Shown here piece by piece: positions 60,501-64,000 of a DNA stretch of 64,000 bases. Below the pieces are notes generated by a model, which was given only the letters and a program-made list of their open reading frames with translations, did not search any database and had not been told where the DNA came from. The position numbers and the translations under genes were made by a program. The stretch is from Pseudomonadota bacterium (lineage in GTDB: Bacteria > Pseudomonadota > Gammaproteobacteria > Nevskiales > Nevskiaceae), in NCBI GenBank assembly GCA_040387055.1, contig JAZKEM010000040.1, positions 6 to 64,005 on the forward strand. The letters run 5' to 3'. Position 1 is the first letter of the stretch. The number at the start of each line of letters is the position of its first letter.

Positions 60501-61012
60501 GCTGATTGCTCCGCGATGCAGCGCGCGTGGCGTTGCTGTTGACGAACCCAAACGCCGGCACATCGTTTATTGCCAGGCGTTGAACAGTCATAGCCAGCGC
60601 TGTAGCGATACTTCAGAAGATCGTTGCAGGCCTGCCTATAACGCTTGGCCAGAAGATCCGCGCGCATCGATGACGTTCGCCAGTTGCCTATGCCGTACTG
60701 GTAGACGAAGTCCATGTAGACGTCGTACTCGCCTTGGGTCAGCGCAACATTGGGGAGTGAATCTCGGAAGCGGATCTCTTCGGCATTGATGTGAGCTGCT
60801 GCGAGCTGCACTGCGCGAACTGGCGTGGTCTTCTCGCCGAGCCTGACGGGCGTGCCGTCTTCGTGCTTCGTAGAGCCAAACCCGTGAGTAGGGACGTCGC
60901 CCTTGGTTGGGATGACGGCTGTATCTGTGTAGCCTTCATCCGTGACGAGCTTCGCGAACGCTGCAAAGCTGAGCGTCAGTGCGTAAACAGCAACTCGAAC
61001 CTTAAGGTTCAT
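60497..61012 (-). CDS. Lysozyme-family (GH24, lambda R/P21 R-like) endolysin with N-terminal signal or SAR segment
   Basis: VTDEGYTDTAVIPTKGDVPTHGFGST matches the E...D...T catalytic-region pattern. LTQGEYDVYMDFVYQYG also fits the family. The N-terminus is VRVAVYALTLSFAAFA. Confidence 0.8.
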   Translation of the reverse strand: MNLKVRVAVYALTLSFAAFAKLVTDEGYTDTAVIPTKGDVPTHGFGSTKHEDGTPVRLGEKTTPVRAVQLAAAHINAEEIRFRDSLPNVALTQGEYDVYMDFVYQYGIGNWRTSSMRADLLAKRYRQACNDLLKYRYSAGYDCSTPGNKRCAGVWVRQQQRHARCIAEQSA

Positions 61013-61193
61013 TCTTATATGGTGACCGCGCTTCGCGTAGCCACTTCCATATTGAATGCGTGATGAGCACGACCAAGTAAGTAATCGTGAGCGCAGCGAT
61101 GATCTGATCGGACGTCAGCCCACTGGTAAATGCCACAGCGGGCGGGGTGATTTTTACCGCGCCGATTGTGATGTCTGTTTTGATTTCACTCAT
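61002..61193 (-). CDS. Putative holin/pinholin (63 aa, two hydrophobic segments, charged C-terminus)
   Basis: Lies immediately upstream of, and overlapping, the endolysin gene. IIAALTITYLVVLITHSIW is followed by KWLREARSPYKNEP. Confidence 0.5.
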   Translation of the reverse strand: MSEIKTDITIGAVKITPPAVAFTSGLTSDQIIAALTITYLVVLITHSIWKWLREARSPYKNEP

Positions 61194-61257
61194 TGAACTC
61201 GCCAGATCTAAGAAGATGATCTAGCGTATGTGCGCTGGCGAACCTCAACCCATAACG

Positions 61258-62781
61258 CTACGGCAGGGAAATGATTCTCTGCAAAGCTCCGGGTGGCAGT
61301 GGGCCTGTGCTGGCATTAACAGCTTCGACTCGTCCATCTGGTCGCAGACGAAGCAGCCCATTCGGATAGCTAGGCGACTCGCCACCTGAGTCGCCGATGT
61401 TGCAGGTGCCGACGGCCGCAACAATGATCCCGACGTTTCCTGTAACTGCTGCTGCGCCTGCTGCATTGCCTACAGTCGCTGAGAGTGAAGAGCCATATCC
61501 AACGGCCACACCTGAACCGACTGCGCCATAAACACCAGAAAAAATAGACCGGCCGTCAGCCACGACGTTTGCAGAACCTTGTACGTTATAGACGCCGGAA
61601 AAGATCGCAGTGGCAATGCCGTTGACTGATGACGTGCTCGCTGCATTGCCTGTTGCGCTGAATCGTGCTGCGCCAACACCAGCCGCATTTCCAATTCCAG
61701 CCGCATTTCCATTCGCGCCAGCAACGCTACTGCCAAGTGCTAACGCAGTACCTGCGCCTGCAGCACCGTAAACGCCAGAACCAATAGCACCCGCAATTCC
61801 ATTGACTGTGACGCTGCCTACACTAGATCCGATGCCGGAAAACAAGGCCGTGGCAATAGCGCTCGCAGAGGCTTGTCCTACGGCGGAATACACACCAGAG
61901 AAAACGCCTGTGCCTACGCCTAGAGCTTGTGATTGGCAGTTACTTTGATAGACGCCGCTAAACCTTGCCGCGCCTACTCCGACTGCGTTACTGACGTTAT
62001 TCAGTGCGAAAGCCCCAGCACCGATGCCCCCACCTATGCCTCCAGCCGCACACGCTCCTGACGAAGAATACGACGCTGAAAATGTTGCAGCTCCAACGCC
62101 AGACGCATTGCCAACACCAGCAGCCGCGCCGTCACCTTCGGCGCGCGTCCCAATGCCGGGTGATGGCACTGTGAAGTAGGCATTGGCGTTGATGTTGACT
62201 GTGACTACGGTGTTTGAGTTAGCTCCCAGCACCAGAGCAGTTGTACTGGCAGAAGTGATTGCGACCCCAACCATAAACACTTCGCCCGGAGCCAGCGTAT
62301 AGGCGGGCTGTGACGCTGATGTAGTTGAGTAGGTCGCGGTTCCGAACGTACCGCCCGTTGTCGCGGTTGCAGTAAACAACAGAGTGCGTGCCCCGCCGCC
62401 TGCAGCTACTCGGTATACGTTGAACTTGATCGTCGCAGCGCCAGTGGCCAACAAAGCCGCTGCCGACACTGTTAAGGGTAGCGAGAAGAACCAAGTTCCG
62501 GCACGCGTGAATCGCAAAGCACCCAAGGCAGAGCCAAGGCCGTCAGATCCGCCATTCGCGAACGTCATGCCATTGTTGGCCGACGTATCGCCAGACGCCG
62601 AGTTCGCAGTGTTCGGGATCCACGTCTTTTCGATTGGAGTCGTGGTGGTCCATGTGATCGTGCCGTATGCCGTGCTCAGTCCCGGGTTGGCTGATGCGAC
62701 CTTTCGAATTTGCCCTTCACTGGTGAACGACTGATCGTCTGCCGATGTTGTGAAGTAGAAAACTGAGCCGGCGATAGGCAT
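61258..62781 (-). CDS. Tail-fibre-like protein with Gly/Ala-rich internal tandem repeats (507 aa)
   Basis: There are at least seven ...G.GAA.FSGVY...-type units (ARFSGVYQS, GVFSGVYSA, ALFSGIGSS, AIGSGVYGA, ARFSATGNA, AIFSGVYNV, SIFSGVYGA). Confidence 0.6.
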   Translation of the reverse strand: MPIAGSVFYFTTSADDQSFTSEGQIRKVASANPGLSTAYGTITWTTTTPIEKTWIPNTANSASGDTSANNGMTFANGGSDGLGSALGALRFTRAGTWFFSLPLTVSAAALLATGAATIKFNVYRVAAGGGARTLLFTATATTGGTFGTATYSTTSASQPAYTLAPGEVFMVGVAITSASTTALVLGANSNTVVTVNINANAYFTVPSPGIGTRAEGDGAAAGVGNASGVGAATFSASYSSSGACAAGGIGGGIGAGAFALNNVSNAVGVGAARFSGVYQSNCQSQALGVGTGVFSGVYSAVGQASASAIATALFSGIGSSVGSVTVNGIAGAIGSGVYGAAGAGTALALGSSVAGANGNAAGIGNAAGVGAARFSATGNAASTSSVNGIATAIFSGVYNVQGSANVVADGRSIFSGVYGAVGSGVAVGYGSSLSATVGNAAGAAAVTGNVGIIVAAVGTCNIGDSGGESPSYPNGLLRLRPDGRVEAVNASTGPLPPGALQRIISLP

Positions 62782-62784
62782 TGA

Positions 62785-63300
62785 TTACTCAACGAGCATC
62801 GAGAATAGAATTCCACCAACCAGAACAGGGTGATAGTTGCCGCCGAAGTCCTCGCGGTCGATCTCCAGCCAGCCATCTGTAAACAATTCGAGCGCGCTGT
62901 CCATCGCAGAAGACCAGTGACCGATGCACTTGGCGCTGATCAACAGCTCTCCCAGAACGTCCAAGTCTTCTGCGTAAGTGATAACGAGAGAATCGAGCAA
63001 GCTGCAATAGGCTGACATGGCAATGCCGCTGATCGTCTTATTGCCGAAGTCAGTCGCGAAGAAGATCGTATGCGTCAGTTTGTACGCTTCCGCGCGGTTC
63101 GTTACTGATGGAGCGCCACGTAGCAGCTCGCATTGATATGCGTAGCCCAGCACTGAACGACCGCCAGTGCTATCGGCGCCTGACATAGCGCGAAGAATCT
63201 TACTCTCAGGAAAAGCAGCGCCGCTGTGAGCCTCCACAGCGGCGTTGTTGGTTTCCATGAAGCTGACTGCTTCCGCCGCGAGAGCTGCGAAGTCAGTCAT
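62785..63300 (-). CDS. Hypothetical protein between tail-fibre genes (171 aa)
   Basis: ORF in operon context. No motif recognised. Confidence 0.5.
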   Translation of the reverse strand: MTDFAALAAEAVSFMETNNAAVEAHSGAAFPESKILRAMSGADSTGGRSVLGYAYQCELLRGAPSVTNRAEAYKLTHTIFFATDFGNKTISGIAMSAYCSLLDSLVITYAEDLDVLGELLISAKCIGHWSSAMDSALELFTDGWLEIDREDFGGNYHPVLVGGILFSMLVE

Positions 63301-63303
63301 TGG

Positions 63304-63735
63304 TTAGTCTTCCGTAATCGTGCTGGTCGACTTCAGGCGAGGCGTTACACCGGTGGCAATGACGATGTTGGGCGTCACGGTGCCGCTGTACAGAATCTTA
63401 GTGGCACCTGCTGAAGCAACACCAATAGCGAAGTGGGTGACAGTGCCGCCAGTGCCGCCAGTCGACTCGGGGAAGTCGATATTGGCTGCGGGACTGACGC
63501 TATTGCCGCTTACGACAAATCCGCCAGAGTTTCGCGCGACTGCTTGTCGAGCGTAGCCGGTGTAACTGATTTCGCTCGTCGCTTCGGTGCCAGCTTCGCC
63601 CGGGTCTGCAGTGTGCAAACTGACGTAGAGGTTCGTGAGCGGAGACGACGCGGCATTATCCGCAAGGTTAGCGATCGCCGTGCCGTTGAAAATCAGCTTG
63701 ACTAGATCGTTTTCAAAAGTATCTGACTTACTCAT
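63304..63735 (-). CDS. Small conserved tail-fibre-associated protein (143 aa)
   Basis: FENDLVKLIFNGTAIANLADNAASSPLTNLYVSLHTADPG is a recurrent prophage family. Its pattern is similar to 43851..44261. Confidence 0.55.
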   Translation of the reverse strand: MSKSDTFENDLVKLIFNGTAIANLADNAASSPLTNLYVSLHTADPGEAGTEATSEISYTGYARQAVARNSGGFVVSGNSVSPAANIDFPESTGGTGGTVTHFAIGVASAGATKILYSGTVTPNIVIATGVTPRLKSTSTITED

Positions 63736-63744
63736 GGGAATTCC

Positions 63745-64000
63745 TTAAGCGAGGATGATGCCGTCGGTGGCTTCAAACGCAATCTCGGTTTCCGAAATAG
63801 CGCGGCCGATGTACTGCACGACATTGCCGGTCGCGTTTGGTGGGGTGTCAGTAATACCGCCCGGGACAGAATCAGACAGGTAGTAGCGAGTGCCTGGCAC
63901 CAAATCGGACAAGCCAGAAATGCGGCCTTCAAAATAGACCAGCGCGTTAGCGCCAGATGCCGCGCCAGCAACAACGAATCCATCGCCTTCCTTGCCTGCA
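63745..64000 (-). CDS. C-terminal part of a tail-fibre-like protein (5' end outside window)
   Basis: Hand translation of the open frame gives ...GDGFVVAGAASGANALVYFEGRISGLSDLVPGTRYYLSDSVPGGITDTPPNATGNVVQYIGRAISETEIAFEATDGIILA, with a stop at 63745-63747. This is a typical fibre C-terminus. Confidence 0.6.
   Translation of the reverse strand, partial: AGKEGDGFVVAGAASGANALVYFEGRISGLSDLVPGTRYYLSDSVPGGITDTPPNATGNVVQYIGRAISETEIAFEATDGIILA

Larger units (their letters stand above)
4515..64000. mobile_element. Temperate prophage; left end at att copy 2, right end beyond the window (at least 59 kb)
   Basis: Contains int, an Xis-like gene, a recombination module, a CI/Cro switch, NinG, terminase, portal, scaffold, capsid, lysis cassette and tail fibres in a contiguous, operon-like arrangement. 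Confidence 0.9.

Noticed and set aside
63732-63983. ORF-track ORF 63732..63983 (83 aa, minus strand)
   Set aside because: Its composition is poor. Another minus-strand frame is open to the window edge, ends at 63745 and translates to a typical tail-fibre C-terminus, so I prefer that one.

Overview
Accessory DNA throughout: no rRNA, intact tRNA, CRISPR array or IS element was seen. Two integrative elements sit in tandem on one attachment site. That site is a 49-bp repeat (3..51 and 4515..4563) equal to the 3' part of a tRNA-Thr(CGU) gene, so the intact tRNA should lie right of the window. Element 1 (3..4563, ~4.5 kb) carries a tyrosine integrase, an Xis-like HTH protein and a Rep_trans-type rolling-circle initiator. 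Upstream of rep is an iteron and hairpin region. Its AT-richer cargo operon is MqsR-like toxin, C-terminally extended MqsA-like antitoxin, and an unknown third gene. Element 2 (4515..>64000, at least 59 kb) is a temperate prophage. Its leftward early operon runs from a PL-like promoter through RecT, YqaJ exonuclease, SSB, RdgC and many translationally coupled small ORFs to a DUF4224 protein and int. The immunity region has a CI-like S24 repressor, a Cro-like protein and 20-bp palindromic operators. The rightward early operon ends with NinG and a Q-position protein. A long leftward late operon encodes tail fibres, a lysis cassette, TerS/TerL, portal, scaffold and major capsid protein. It continues with a 1447-aa triple beta-propeller protein, two internal-virion-like proteins and a 4369-aa multidomain 'polyvalent' protein. 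The most unusual items are the giant protein, the propeller protein, the tripartite MqsRA-plus module on the small Rep_trans element, and an atypical lysis accessory gene. All functional calls rest on motifs recognised by eye; no database search was possible.
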